A stretch of DNA of 64,000 nucleotides from Anaerolineae bacterium (lineage in GTDB: Bacteria > Chloroflexota > Anaerolineae > S140-20), in the NCBI GenBank assembly GCA_027021705.1, contig JALUTT010000085.1, forward strand, positions 1 to 64,000, in the 5' to 3' direction. A program made the translations under genes and the position numbers. Below, in pieces: positions 10,269-20,280 of this stretch. The notes below the pieces were generated by a model. It was not told where the DNA came from and did not search any database. It worked only from the letters and a program-made list of their open reading frames with translations. Position 1 is the stretch's first letter; each line of letters begins with the position of its first letter.

Positions 10269-12362
10269 ATGCTCACCATTGCGCTGGCCGGTAACCCCAA
10301 CGTGGGCAAGTCCACCCTCTTCAACGCGCTGACGGGCAGCCGCCAGCACACGGGCAACTGGCCCGGCAAGACGGTGGAACGGGCGGAGGGCACCTTCTTC
10401 TTCAACGGCCAGGAGGTCCACGTGGTGGACCTGCCCGGCACCTACAGCCTGGCCGCCCAGTCCCCCGAAGAGGTGATCGCCCGCGACTTCATCGTTCAGG
10501 GTGGCGCCGACGTGGTGATTGACATCGTGGACGCGACCAACCTGGAGCGCAACCTCAACCTGACCCTCCAGATCCTGGAACTGACGGACCGGGTCGTCAT
10601 CGCCCTGAACCTGATGGACGAAGCGGAGCGGGAAGGGCTGCAGATTGACGTGGAGGCCCTGGAGGAAGGGCTGGGCGTGCCCGTCATCCCCATCGTCGCC
10701 CGGGAGGGAAAGGGGCTGACCGAGCTGATCCAGGCCGCCCTGGCCGTGGCCCAGGACCGGCGGGAGACGCACCCGGTCCGGGTGGACTACGGGCTGGCCA
10801 TCGAACGGAGCCTCACTTTGCTGGAGCAGGAGCTGCGGGAACTGGGCATCAACGGCCACGCCCGCTGGGTGGCCCTCAAGCTCTTGGAGGACGATCCCGA
10901 GATCACGACCGCCTTCCGGGCCGGCGACCTCTCCGCCTGCTGCCTACGGCGGGAGCGGGACCTGCTCTTCGGCAATCCCACCCCCGTTCCTCACGCTGAA
11001 CTGGCTCCCCACCTGAACGCCCTGGCCGACCGGGCGCGGACGATGGGCGAGGCGATGCAGCCCGACGCCAAGGTGGAGATCGTCCGCCGCCGCTACGAAC
11101 TGGCCGACCACCTGGTCCGTCGGGCGGTGCGCCGGACCCGCCCCGTCCACCACGTCCTGACGGAACGGCTGGACCGGATCCTGACCCACAAGGTCTGGTC
11201 CTGGCCCATCATGCTGGCGATGCTGGCCCTCGTCTTCTGGATCACCATCGAGGGGGCGAACATCCCCTCGGATATGCTGGCCGTCGGCTTCGACTGGCTG
11301 GCCCACACCACCCGTCAGGTGCTGACCGCCCTCAACGCCCCCTGGTGGGTCACCGGGGCGCTGGTGGACGGGCTGATCGTGGGCACCGGCGCGGTGATCT
11401 CGGTGATGCTCCCCCCGATGGTCATCTTCTTCACCGCCTTCGCCCTGCTGGAGGACCTGGGCTTCCTCCCGCGCGTCGCCTTCAACCTGGACCGGGTGAT
11501 GCGGGTGGTGGGCTCCCAGGGGAAGCAGTGCCTGGTCTGCACGATGAGCTACGGCTGCAACATCACCGGGATCATGTCGGCCCGGATCATTGACAACGAG
11601 AAGGACCGGCTGGTTTCCATCTTGACCGCACCGCTGATCATCTGCAACGGGCGCTTTGGGGCCGGCGTCGTCCTGGTCATCATCCTCTTCGGCGACCAGG
11701 CGCTGCCGGTGATGCTCTCCCTCGTTGGCCTCAGCCTGTTGGCCGTCTTCCTGGCCACCTTCGTGCTGAACAAGACCCTCTTCCGAGGCGAACCGGGGGG
11801 CTTCGTCCTGGAGCTCCCGCCCTACCGCCGCCCTCAGTGGGGACGGGTCATCTGGCGGACGCTGCGGGACAAGGTGGGCCACACGATGATGCGGGCGGTG
11901 CAGATCGCCGCGCCGACGGTGCTGATCATCTGGCTGCTGGGAAACATCCCTCACGGCGCTCCCTTCGAGCAGACGCCCATCGGCTGGTTGGTGCGGCTGG
12001 TGGAGCCGCTGGGCCGCCCGTGGAACCTGAGCGGGGAGGCGATCCTGGCCCTCATCTTCACCCTGCCGGCCAAGGAGATCGTCGTACCCTCCCTGGCGAT
12101 GACCTACGGCCTCCAGTCGAGCCTGGCCGACTCCCAGACGGTGCTCGATTACCTGGCCGCCCACTGGAACTTCTTGACGGCCTATACGTTTATGGTATTC
12201 TACATGCTCTACCTGCCCTGCCTGGTGACCACCTGGGCGACGTGGAAGGAGACGCGGAGCCTGAAGTGGACGGTGCTGGGGATCGTCGTGCCCTTCCTCA
12301 CCGCCGCTTCCATCACCACGGTGATCTACCGGCTGGGGCTGGCTCTGGGACTGGCCACCTGA
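10269..12362 (+). CDS. feoB: ferrous iron transporter B
   Basis: [29 protein letters not shown]; gate domains, ELPPYR; AGGAGG upstream of ATG 10269. Confidence 0.95.
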   Translation: MLTIALAGNPNVGKSTLFNALTGSRQHTGNWPGKTVERAEGTFFFNGQEVHVVDLPGTYSLAAQSPEEVIARDFIVQGGADVVIDIVDATNLERNLNLTLQILELTDRVVIALNLMDEAEREGLQIDVEALEEGLGVPVIPIVAREGKGLTELIQAALAVAQDRRETHPVRVDYGLAIERSLTLLEQELRELGINGHARWVALKLLEDDPEITTAFRAGDLSACCLRRERDLLFGNPTPVPHAELAPHLNALADRARTMGEAMQPDAKVEIVRRRYELADHLVRRAVRRTRPVHHVLTERLDRILTHKVWSWPIMLAMLALVFWITIEGANIPSDMLAVGFDWLAHTTRQVLTALNAPWWVTGALVDGLIVGTGAVISVMLPPMVIFFTAFALLEDLGFLPRVAFNLDRVMRVVGSQGKQCLVCTMSYGCNITGIMSARIIDNEKDRLVSILTAPLIICNGRFGAGVVLVIILFGDQALPVMLSLVGLSLLAVFLATFVLNKTLFRGEPGGFVLELPPYRRPQWGRVIWRTLRDKVGHTMMRAVQIAAPTVLIIWLLGNIPHGAPFEQTPIGWLVRLVEPLGRPWNLSGEAILALIFTLPAKEIVVPSLAMTYGLQSSLADSQTVLDYLAAHWNFLTAYTFMVFYMLYLPCLVTTWATWKETRSLKWTVLGIVVPFLTAASITTVIYRLGLALGLAT

Positions 12363-12508
12363 CACCTTCCTCGCAGAAACCTCCCACGGGTTCCCTGCCC
12401 AGCTCGGAGCACGCCGTTGGGGGTGTCTGGTGCGCCACCTCCAATGCTGAACATCGCGTAACCCGTGGGAGGCCGAGTTAGGAGACGACCTGCAAGGGGA
12501 GGACAACG

Positions 12509-13237
12509 ATGCACACGCGACCGACGATCAGGGAGTTGGAAGCCCATCGCGCCCTCCACGCCAGCGCCGGGGCCGGCCTGGCCGAGGTCATCCTGGGAGG
12601 GCAGGATGGGCTGGTCAACGTGCTGGGGGTGATCCTAGGGGTAGCGGCCGCCTCAGCCGATCAGCGGATCATCCTGGCGGCAGGGCTGGCAGCCACCTTT
12701 GCCGAGTCGGTCTCCATGGCCGCCGGCGTCTACACCTCTCAGCGGGCTGCCCAGGACTACTACCGAGGCCAACTGGAGCGGGAGAAGGAGCACATCCGAC
12801 GGTTCGCCGCCATCGAGCGGGAGGAGATCCGCCGCATCTACGAGGGGAAGGGCTTCGACGGCGACCTGCTGGAGACCATTGTGGACCAGATCACGGCCGA
12901 CGAGGAGACCTGGATCGAGGAGATGATGACCCAGGAGTTCAACCTCTCGCCCGTCGAGCAGGATCAGCCAGTTCGGCTGGGGCTGATCGTGGGAGGAGCG
13001 GCCATCGTCGGCTCCCTCATCCCTCTGATCCCCTTCGTCTTCCTGCCCGTTGCCCAAGCGGTGGTGGGGGCTCTCATCGTGGCCGGCCTCACCCTCTTCG
13101 CCGTCGGCTTCTACAAGGCGCGGGCGACGCAGGTGGGGGACTGGCGGCGCAGCGGGTTGGAGATGGCGATCATCGGCCTGGCATCCGCCCTGATTGGCTA
13201 CATGGTCGGCTGGCTCTTCCGGGCGCCGGCCGCCTGA
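12509..13237 (+). CDS. VIT1/CCC1 family metal transporter
   Basis: ILGGQDGLVNVLG, AESVSMAAG motifs. Confidence 0.9.
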   Translation: MHTRPTIRELEAHRALHASAGAGLAEVILGGQDGLVNVLGVILGVAAASADQRIILAAGLAATFAESVSMAAGVYTSQRAAQDYYRGQLEREKEHIRRFAAIEREEIRRIYEGKGFDGDLLETIVDQITADEETWIEEMMTQEFNLSPVEQDQPVRLGLIVGGAAIVGSLIPLIPFVFLPVAQAVVGALIVAGLTLFAVGFYKARATQVGDWRRSGLEMAIIGLASALIGYMVGWLFRAPAA

Positions 13238-13400
13238 GGACCTCCAGAACCCTGGACCTCTGAGGTCTGCTATGGACAAACCGCCAAAGAACGCTTTCAA
13301 GGAGGACTTGTAGCCCATCGGGGCTGAAAGCGCCCTCGACCGGTGACCTGTGGGAGGGTAGGCTGAATAGATACCAAAGAACGCGCTCAAGGAGGACTCG

Positions 13401-13742
13401 ATGACCACCGACGCACAGTCACTCATCGCTCAGTATCAGGCCGAGGTCGAGCAGGGCACGGCCACAGCGGCTACCTATCGGAACCTGGGATGGAGCTACC
13501 ACGCCCTGGGGGAAGAGGAAAAGGCGCTGGAGGCCTTCCGGCAGGCAGCCGCGTTGGACGCCTACGATCCGATGGCCTTCTACGGGCTGGGGGTCATCTA
13601 CCAGATCGTCGGGCAGGCTCGGTCGGCCCAAGAGGCCTTCCACCAGGCCGCCCGGCTGGTGAACCGGCTGCCCGACGAACGCCAGCGGACCATCATCCAG
13701 CAGATGATCAAGTCCAAGCTGGCCACGCTGACAGAAAGCTAG
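13401..13742 (+). CDS. small TPR protein
   Basis: TYRNLGWSY..., AFYGLGVIY TPR motifs; GGAGG RBS. Confidence 0.8.
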   Translation: MTTDAQSLIAQYQAEVEQGTATAATYRNLGWSYHALGEEEKALEAFRQAAALDAYDPMAFYGLGVIYQIVGQARSAQEAFHQAARLVNRLPDERQRTIIQQMIKSKLATLTES

Positions 13743-13792
13743 AAGGGGGTCCAGGGCATACCCGGACCCCCCACTCCCAAGCCGAGGCCCAC

Positions 13793-15394
13793 CTACTCCC
13801 GGCCTGCGAGAGCACTGGCCCGTTTCACCAGTTGGACGAACTCGGCTACGTCGTCGTCCTCGGGGAAGAAGCGGGCTACCCGCTGGGCCTCCTCCAGTAC
13901 GCTGGCCAGCGTGCTCCCCTGAGCCCAGTAGCTCTCCCGCAGCACCTCGGCGTACTCGGCCACCACGACGGCCCACTGGAAGTGGGGCGAGGCCTCGACG
14001 AAGGAGGGGGCCATCTCGCCGGTGGAGAAGTCCCGGCTGATCTCGCGCACTTCGCGGCTCTCCGGGTCCTCCCAGCGCAGGTAGATGGTGGCGATCCGCC
14101 CCTCAGCGCCCGGGTGCAGCTTGATCTCGTAGAGGGCGGTGACGCTGTGGCCGGCCCCCACCTCCCCGGCGTCCACCGTGTCGTCGCGGAACGCCTCGTC
14201 GGCGATGGCCCGGTTCTCGAAGCCCACCAGCCGGTAGCGGGCCACCACCTCGGGGTTGAAGTCCACCTGCACCTTGGCGTCGAGGGCGATCACCTGCAGG
14301 GTGCTAGTCAGGTTCTCCAGGAAGAGCCGGCGGGCCTCTTGGAGGGTGTCCACGTAGGCGTAGAAGCCATCCCCGTTGTCGGCCAACTGCTCCATCAGCA
14401 CGTCGTTGTAGTTCCCCATCCCAAAGCCGATGGTGGTGAGGGTGACCCCTTCGCTGGCGTACCCTTTCACCTGCTCCCAAATGGACTCGGGGCCGGTGCG
14501 CCCGACGTTGGCCACGCCGTCGGAGCAGAGGATCACCCGGTTGATGGCCCCGGGCTTGAAGGCTCGGAGGGCCATCTTGTAGCCCAGCCGCAGGCCGGCC
14601 TCAGCGTTGGTCGAGCCTTCGGGCTGCAGGGCGTAGATGGCGCTCAGGATCGTCTCCCGCTCCGCCCCGCTGGTGGGCTCCAGCACGACCCGCGCATCGC
14701 TCCCGTAGACGACGATGGCCACGGAGTCGGTGGGGCGCAGTTGGTCCACCAGCAACTCCAGGCTCTGCTTCACCAGCTCCAGACGGTTCTCCCGGTTCAT
14801 CGAACCGGAGACGTCAATGACGAAGGTGAGCGCCACGTCCTTGCGGGCCTCCGGCGGCACCGCATACCCCTGGATGCCGATGCGGAGCATCTGATACCGC
14901 TCCGTCTCGGTGAAGGGGGTGGGGGCACCGTCCACGTAGATGGCGAAAGCCCGGTCCTCGGGAGGGTAGCTGTAGCCCTGGTCGAAGTAGTTGACGAACT
15001 CCTCGACCCGGATGGCATCCTTGGGCGGCAGGTTGCCGTCGGTCACGTAGCGCCGGGCGATGGTGTAGGAGCCCGTGTCCACGTCCAGGGCGAAGGTGGA
15101 GAGGTGGTCGTCCTCCGTATCAATGAAGGGGTTGACGCCGTAGTTCTGGAAGAAGACGGCATCGTAGGCTTGGTCGTTGGGAGGGTTTCCCTGCGGGGTC
15201 GGAGATTGGCCGGCCTCTTTCTCCATCGGTGCTTCGGCCATGACGAAGGAGGGGGGCGCAGCCGTGGCCGCAGGACGTGGGGAGAGCAACTTCTGGGGAG
15301 CCGGAGTCGCCTGGGGTGCACCGCAAGCGCTGAGGAAGAGCGATCCGATGAGCAAGAGGGATGAGACCAGGAACAGGGCGGGTTTGCGGGTCAT
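13793..15394 (-). CDS. YfbK-like VWA-domain lipoprotein (vWF_A/DUF3520 type)
   Basis: Lipobox LSAC; STFALDVDTGSY, MIDAS DVSGS, ILCSDGVANVG, YRLVGFENR. Confidence 0.88.
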   Translation of the reverse strand: MTRKPALFLVSSLLLIGSLFLSACGAPQATPAPQKLLSPRPAATAAPPSFVMAEAPMEKEAGQSPTPQGNPPNDQAYDAVFFQNYGVNPFIDTEDDHLSTFALDVDTGSYTIARRYVTDGNLPPKDAIRVEEFVNYFDQGYSYPPEDRAFAIYVDGAPTPFTETERYQMLRIGIQGYAVPPEARKDVALTFVIDVSGSMNRENRLELVKQSLELLVDQLRPTDSVAIVVYGSDARVVLEPTSGAERETILSAIYALQPEGSTNAEAGLRLGYKMALRAFKPGAINRVILCSDGVANVGRTGPESIWEQVKGYASEGVTLTTIGFGMGNYNDVLMEQLADNGDGFYAYVDTLQEARRLFLENLTSTLQVIALDAKVQVDFNPEVVARYRLVGFENRAIADEAFRDDTVDAGEVGAGHSVTALYEIKLHPGAEGRIATIYLRWEDPESREVREISRDFSTGEMAPSFVEASPHFQWAVVVAEYAEVLRESYWAQGSTLASVLEEAQRVARFFPEDDDVAEFVQLVKRASALAGRE

Positions 15395-15600
15395 CGTTAT
15401 GCCTCCTTGGTAGTACAATTGCGATGTCAAGAGTGCCTTTCCATACCGTTCCATGCTCAGGCCGGACAGAAGGTTCACACCGGGCAGGGCATTCTGTCTC
15501 TGAAGACGCCGGAGGAGGCAGGAAAGTTCCTGCGACTTGACGTTCCCCCTAAACCGATTAGAATAGGCCCCGGCTGTTCAGGCACCTTTCAGCGGGGAGG

Positions 15601-16176
15601 GTGAGGCTCCCGGTGGACTATGCATCGCTGGATGACCAGGTTCTGATGGCGCTGATCGCCCACGCGCAGGCCGACGCTCTGGGCGCCCTATACGATCGCT
15701 ATGGCCGGCTGGTCTTCAGCCTGGCCCTGCAGATCGTGGGCGACCACGCCGCCGCCGAGGAGATCACCCAGGATGTCTTCCTCCGCGTCTGGGAGAAGGC
15801 CAGGACCTACCGATCGGAGCAGGGAAGCGTGAGCACCTGGCTGACCAGCATTGCCCGCCACCGGGCCATTGACGTGCTGCGCCGGCAGCGCTCGCGGCCG
15901 GAGCACCAGGGGATAGACTGGGCGCTGGTATCGCCCGAGGCCCTGCCCAGCATCAACGGGCCAGAGGTGGCTACGGAGGCAACCCTTCGGCGGCAGCAGG
16001 TCCAGGCCGCCCTGGCCCAACTGCCAGAGGAGCAGCGCCAGGTCCTGGCCCTGGCCTACTTCCGGGGATACACCCACCGCCAGATCGCCGAGGCCCTGGA
16101 CCAGCCCCTGGGGACGGTCAAGACGCGCATCCGCCTGGCCATGCAGAAGCTGCGCCAGATGCTGCAAGAGGAGTAG
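15601..16176 (+). CDS. ECF sigma factor (SigK-like)
   Basis: AEEITQDVFLRVW, region 4 LGTVKTRIR. Confidence 0.92.
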   Translation: MRLPVDYASLDDQVLMALIAHAQADALGALYDRYGRLVFSLALQIVGDHAAAEEITQDVFLRVWEKARTYRSEQGSVSTWLTSIARHRAIDVLRRQRSRPEHQGIDWALVSPEALPSINGPEVATEATLRRQQVQAALAQLPEEQRQVLALAYFRGYTHRQIAEALDQPLGTVKTRIRLAMQKLRQMLQEE

Positions 16177-16189
16177 GTGGCAGAAGATA

Positions 16190-16214
16190 CATCCAATCCA
16201 TCGAGAGCCACGTA
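16190..16214 (+). promoter_or_regulatory. putative ECF promoter ATCC-N16-CGTA
   Basis: Same motif and spacing recur at 17034-17058. Confidence 0.45.
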
Positions 16215-16262
16215 TTACTGAGTGGGGGAACGGTTGCCTGATTCCCTCGAAGATGCCGAACG

Positions 16263-16994
16263 ATGTCGAAACACACTCCTTTCCTCGAACGTCTACCCGC
16301 CTATGTCCTGGGCTGCCTGGAAGAGGACGAAGCCCAAGAGGTCTCGGACCACTTGGCCGTCTGCCCGGCCTGCCGGGCCGAGTGGCTGGCCTATCAAGCG
16401 GTGGTCGGTGACCTCGCCCTGGCCGTGCCCCAGACGGAGCCCCCGGCTGCGTTGAAGGGCCGGCTGATGGCCCACCTCTCTGCGCGCCCCAGCCCGACGA
16501 CGGCAGCGACCCCCTCGCTCCCGTGGTGGGAGCGGCTGCGCCGGCTGTTGCAGGGCGCCGCCCCCCTGTGGGCCCCCGTGAGCCTGCTCCTCATCGTGTC
16601 CTTGGCCCTGCTCAACCTGCTTCTGTGGCAGCGGCTCTCCCGGCTGGAGAGGATGGCTTTGGCCCCGGAGATGCGCATTGTCGCCCTGGTGGGCACCGAG
16701 GCAGCCCCCGAGGCCCACGGCATCGTTGTCATCACCGGCGACGGGGAATACGGTTCCCTCATCGTCGAAAAGCTCCCCCCCCTCAGTCCCGAGAAGCAGT
16801 ACCAGCTCTGGCTGATCCGGGATGGGCAACGGACCAGCGGGGGCGTCTTTTCCGTCACCCCGGAAGGATACGGCGTGCTGGAGATCTCCTCCCCCCGCCC
16901 TCTCCTTGAGTACTCCGCCTTCGGCATCACCATCGAGCCGGCCGGCGGCAGCCCCGGCCCCACCGGGGCCAAAGTGCTGGGCGGGTCCCTCTGA
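16263..16994 (+). CDS. RskA-like anti-sigma factor
   Basis: ZAS motif HxxxCxxC, TM helix, YQLWLI...TIEPAGGSPGPTG. Confidence 0.9.
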   Translation: MSKHTPFLERLPAYVLGCLEEDEAQEVSDHLAVCPACRAEWLAYQAVVGDLALAVPQTEPPAALKGRLMAHLSARPSPTTAATPSLPWWERLRRLLQGAAPLWAPVSLLLIVSLALLNLLLWQRLSRLERMALAPEMRIVALVGTEAAPEAHGIVVITGDGEYGSLIVEKLPPLSPEKQYQLWLIRDGQRTSGGVFSVTPEGYGVLEISSPRPLLEYSAFGITIEPAGGSPGPTGAKVLGGSL

Positions 16995-17033
16995 TCTTTC
17001 CTCCTTTTTCCCCATCCTTTTTATGACAGGATG

Positions 17034-17058
17034 AATCCAAAAATTCCCTTCATCCGTA
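17034..17058 (+). promoter_or_regulatory. putative ECF promoter ATCC-N16-CGTA
   Basis: Matches the motif at 16190-16214; lies upstream of a secreted protein gene. Confidence 0.45.
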
Positions 17059-17142
17059 TCTACCAATGAAGACCGTCGCTGAGCGCCACGGTCTCCCCCG
17101 GTCAATGTCCCAATCCCATAATCTTGTTGTAAGGAGGAAAGG

Positions 17143-17997
17143 ATGACACGATATATCCGCCAACTCGGTGGTCTGGGGATCACCCTGATGCTGATGCTGG
17201 CGCTGGTCCCCTGGGCGTCGGCACAGATGACGCCCTCCGTCTCCGTCAGCGATCAGCCCATCGTGAAGGACATGGTCGTCGTGGAGAAGGTCGTCAGCAA
17301 CGGTCCTGGCTGGATCGTGATCCACGCCCAGAAGGACGGCAAGCCCGGCCCCATCCTGGGCTACAGCCCCGTCGCCGATGGGGAGAACGCCAACGTGGTG
17401 GTGGAGATTGATGCCACGAAGGCGACGCCCACCCTCTACGCGATGCTGCACACCGATGCCGGTCAGATGGGCACCTTCGAGTTCCCCAACGGCCCCGATG
17501 TCCCGGTGAAGGTGAACGACCAGGTCGTCACCCCGCCCTTCCAGGTCACCTCTGGCGTAGGGGTGGCCGATCAGCCCATCAGCGGCGGCAAAGTGACGGT
17601 GGCGAAGGTCTTCAGCCAAGGCCCCGGCTGGATCGTGATCCACGCCCAGAAGGACGGCAAGCCCGGCCCCATCCTGGGCTACAGCCCCGTCGCCGATGGG
17701 GAGAACGCCAACGTGGTGGTGGAGATTGATGCCACGAAGGCGACGCCCACCCTCTACGCGATGCTGCACACCGATGCCGGTCAGATGGGCACCTTCGAGT
17801 TCCCCAACGGCCCCGATGTCCCGGTGAAGGCAGGGGACCGGGTGATCACGCCTCCCTTCCAGGTGACGGGAGGGCTGCCGATGACGCTGCCCACGGCGGG
17901 AGGCGGTGCCCCCCTAGCGCCTTTCCTTCTGGTGGCCGTCGGTGGTCTGGCGCTGGTGAGCGGTCTGGGCCTGACCCTGGCCCGACGAGCTCGCTAG
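17143..17997 (+). CDS. secreted surface protein with duplicated beta domain and LPXTG-like C-terminal anchor
   Basis: Signal peptide; two GPGWIVIH...LYAMLHTD domains; LPTAGG + TM + RRAR tail. Confidence 0.8.
   Translation: MTRYIRQLGGLGITLMLMLALVPWASAQMTPSVSVSDQPIVKDMVVVEKVVSNGPGWIVIHAQKDGKPGPILGYSPVADGENANVVVEIDATKATPTLYAMLHTDAGQMGTFEFPNGPDVPVKVNDQVVTPPFQVTSGVGVADQPISGGKVTVAKVFSQGPGWIVIHAQKDGKPGPILGYSPVADGENANVVVEIDATKATPTLYAMLHTDAGQMGTFEFPNGPDVPVKAGDRVITPPFQVTGGLPMTLPTAGGGAPLAPFLLVAVGGLALVSGLGLTLARRAR
17308..17830 (+). repeat. 205-bp identical intragenic duplication (17308-17512 / 17626-17830)
   Basis: No mismatches seen on manual comparison; 318-bp period. Confidence 0.9.
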
Positions 17998-18077
17998 CCG
18001 GACGGCTCTCCCCAATGCCTCGAACAGGTTCGTGATCCGCCCATCCACCAGAGGGGTACATCCGGCGGACACGACGC

Positions 18078-18114
18078 AAACGCCCCCAAGGGCCAGGCCC
18101 CTGGGGGCGTTTTT
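18078..18114 (+). terminator. intrinsic terminator between convergent genes
   Basis: aaacgccccca...tgggggcgttt followed by T run. Confidence 0.75.
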
Positions 18115-18135
18115 GTGGGCGGGCTCGACAGACGC

Positions 18136-19455
18136 TCAGGGTTGGGCGACCAAGCGGTAGATGTTCCCATCCCGGTAGCCTACGACGTAGAGTTCCCCCT
18201 CGGCGTCCTCTCCGAAAGAACTGATGTTGATCTCCGTCTGGAGGAGCAGGGCCATCGTCCACTGGCCGGAAGGATCCTGCCGCATCCCCCAGACGTTGCC
18301 GGAGCAGTAGTCGCCGAAGAAGTAGGTGCCGACCAGCGAGGGATAGCGGCTCCCCCGGTAGACGTAGCCGCCGGTGATGGAGCAGCCCCCACTGTGGTCG
18401 TACTCGATCGCAGGGAGCACCAGCCCGCTGGAGTCGCAGCCTTCCGGGGGCTCGAAGCAGTGACTGCCCTCCATCACATCCCAGCCGTAGTTTTCCCCAC
18501 CCCGGCTGTCGGCCGGCTGGACATCCACCTCCTCGTAGCGGTTCTGGCCCACGTCGGCGATGTAGAGATCGCCGGTGGCCCGGTCGAAGGAGAAGCGCCA
18601 GGGGTTGCGCAGGCCGTAGGCCCAGATCTCCGGACGAGCACCGGGCTGGTCCAGGAAGGGGTTGTCGCGGGGAATGTTGTAGGTCTCGACACCCATCACA
18701 TCTATGCGCAGCATCTTGCCCAGCAGCACGCCCAGGTTCTGAGCGTTGCCCCAGGGGTCGCCGGCTGCCCCGCCATCTCCTGTCCCGATGTAGAGGTAGC
18801 CGTCGGGGCCAAACTGGAGCTGTCCGCCGTTGTGGTTGGCGGCCGGCTGCTGGATCTGGAGCAGCTTCTGCTCGCTGGCCGGATCGGCCCGACGGGGATC
18901 ACCCTCCCGCAGCCGATAGCGGGCCACGACGGTGTCCCCCAGCCGATCGGTGTAGTTCACGTAGAAGAGGCCGCTGGTGGCGAAATCGGGGGGAAAGGCG
19001 ACGCTGAAGAGCCCCTGCTCGCTGCCCTGGGAGCCCACCCGGTCGGTGATGTCGAGGAAGGGCGTCGGCAGCCGCTCCCCTCCCTCGATCAGCCAGATTC
19101 GCCCGGCCTTCTCGACGACGAAGAGGCGATCGGGGTCACCCGCGTGGGTGAGGTAGACGGGGGCTTGGAACCCGCTGAAGGCCAACTCCAGCCCGATGGT
19201 CGGCGGGAAGGCGGGAGCGGTCGAGGGCGGCGGCGTGGCCGGGACGGGTGAGGGAGTGGCAGGGGCTTCGGTGGGCTCAGGAGGGGAGGTGGGGACCAGG
19301 GTAGGGATAGGTTGTGAGGTCGCTGTAGGACCGGGGGTAGGCGTTGTCGTTGGGTGAGGGGTCGGTGTCTCGGTCGGCGGCCCCGACCGACAGGCGGAGA
19401 GCAGGAAGAGGGCAAAGACCGCCAAGGCATGCAGAGGCCACTGGGATGCTCGCAT
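18136..19455 (-). CDS. PQQ-dependent sugar dehydrogenase-like (GSDH) lipoprotein
   Basis: Lipobox LSAC, Pro/Thr linker, NHNGGQLQFGPDGYLYIGTGDGG, YGLRNPWRFSFD. Confidence 0.9.
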   Translation of the reverse strand: MRASQWPLHALAVFALFLLSACRSGPPTETPTPHPTTTPTPGPTATSQPIPTLVPTSPPEPTEAPATPSPVPATPPPSTAPAFPPTIGLELAFSGFQAPVYLTHAGDPDRLFVVEKAGRIWLIEGGERLPTPFLDITDRVGSQGSEQGLFSVAFPPDFATSGLFYVNYTDRLGDTVVARYRLREGDPRRADPASEQKLLQIQQPAANHNGGQLQFGPDGYLYIGTGDGGAAGDPWGNAQNLGVLLGKMLRIDVMGVETYNIPRDNPFLDQPGARPEIWAYGLRNPWRFSFDRATGDLYIADVGQNRYEEVDVQPADSRGGENYGWDVMEGSHCFEPPEGCDSSGLVLPAIEYDHSGGCSITGGYVYRGSRYPSLVGTYFFGDYCSGNVWGMRQDPSGQWTMALLLQTEINISSFGEDAEGELYVVGYRDGNIYRLVAQP

Positions 19456-19547
19456 CGCGTTGCTCCTGACAAGAGGAGAAGAGCCCCGGAAGCTCCCTTC
19501 CGGGGCCAGTTCCCCTTCACTACAATGGTCGCTCTCCAGCAGAACGC

Positions 19548-19763
19548 TCACGACTCCGTGAGCGTCAGGACGATCTCAGGGGCTTGAAACCCCACGGTGC
19601 GGTGGGCACCGTCGCAGAAGGGCTTGTTCTCCGAATGGCCACACCGGCAAAGGGCGACGGTGCTGCCCGAGGTCGTCCGCTCCTGGCCATCGGCATCCAC
19701 GTAGGTGGCACGGCCGGCGATGAGGTAGGGGCCGTTCTCGCGGGCTTTGATCTCCAGCTTCAT
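19548..19763 (-). CDS. CDGSH iron-sulfur domain protein
   Basis: LCRCGHSENKPFCDGAH. Confidence 0.93.
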   Translation of the reverse strand: MKLEIKARENGPYLIAGRATYVDADGQERTTSGSTVALCRCGHSENKPFCDGAHRTVGFQAPEIVLTLTES

Positions 19764-19848
19764 CTTAACCTCCTCCTCAGGTGGGATAGGTGACCAAAAA
19801 CCTAAACCTAAAGTATGGTTGTGATTTTAGCACCGATCCCCCAATCTG

Positions 19849-20277
19849 TCAAGGCACCACGACAACCTCAATGCCCAGGTTCTGACGCACATGCTCGATG
19901 AAACGTTGTACGTCCTCCCCAAAAGCCTGCGATGTGGGTTCAACCCGGGGCGCACCGATGACCAAAGTGGTCGCCTTCGCACGGCGCAGATAGGCTTCGA
20001 TCTCCTCCCAAACCGGACCGGAGAGGCAGATGATCCCAGCGGAGACGCCCTGCTCTCGGGCCCGAGCTCGAGCGATGTTCAACAGCGATCGCCCCAACCG
20101 TTTCAGTTCGTCCTCCAGGGCAGCGGCCACCGCCTCGCTCTGGGGACCGGCGAAGTCGGGGTCTACGACACAGAGGAAGACGAGTTCGGCGTTACGATCC
20201 TTGGCCAGAGCGATGGCTCGCTCCTGGGTGCGGCGGCTGGCCTCGCCACCCCGCGTGGCGCACACGATCAGTTCCAT
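19849..20277 (-). CDS. universal stress protein
   Basis: IVCATRGGEAS...LVIGAP USP fold. Confidence 0.8.
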   Translation of the reverse strand: MELIVCATRGGEASRRTQERAIALAKDRNAELVFLCVVDPDFAGPQSEAVAAALEDELKRLGRSLLNIARARAREQGVSAGIICLSGPVWEEIEAYLRRAKATTLVIGAPRVEPTSQAFGEDVQRFIEHVRQNLGIEVVVVP

Positions 20278-20280
20278 CCC

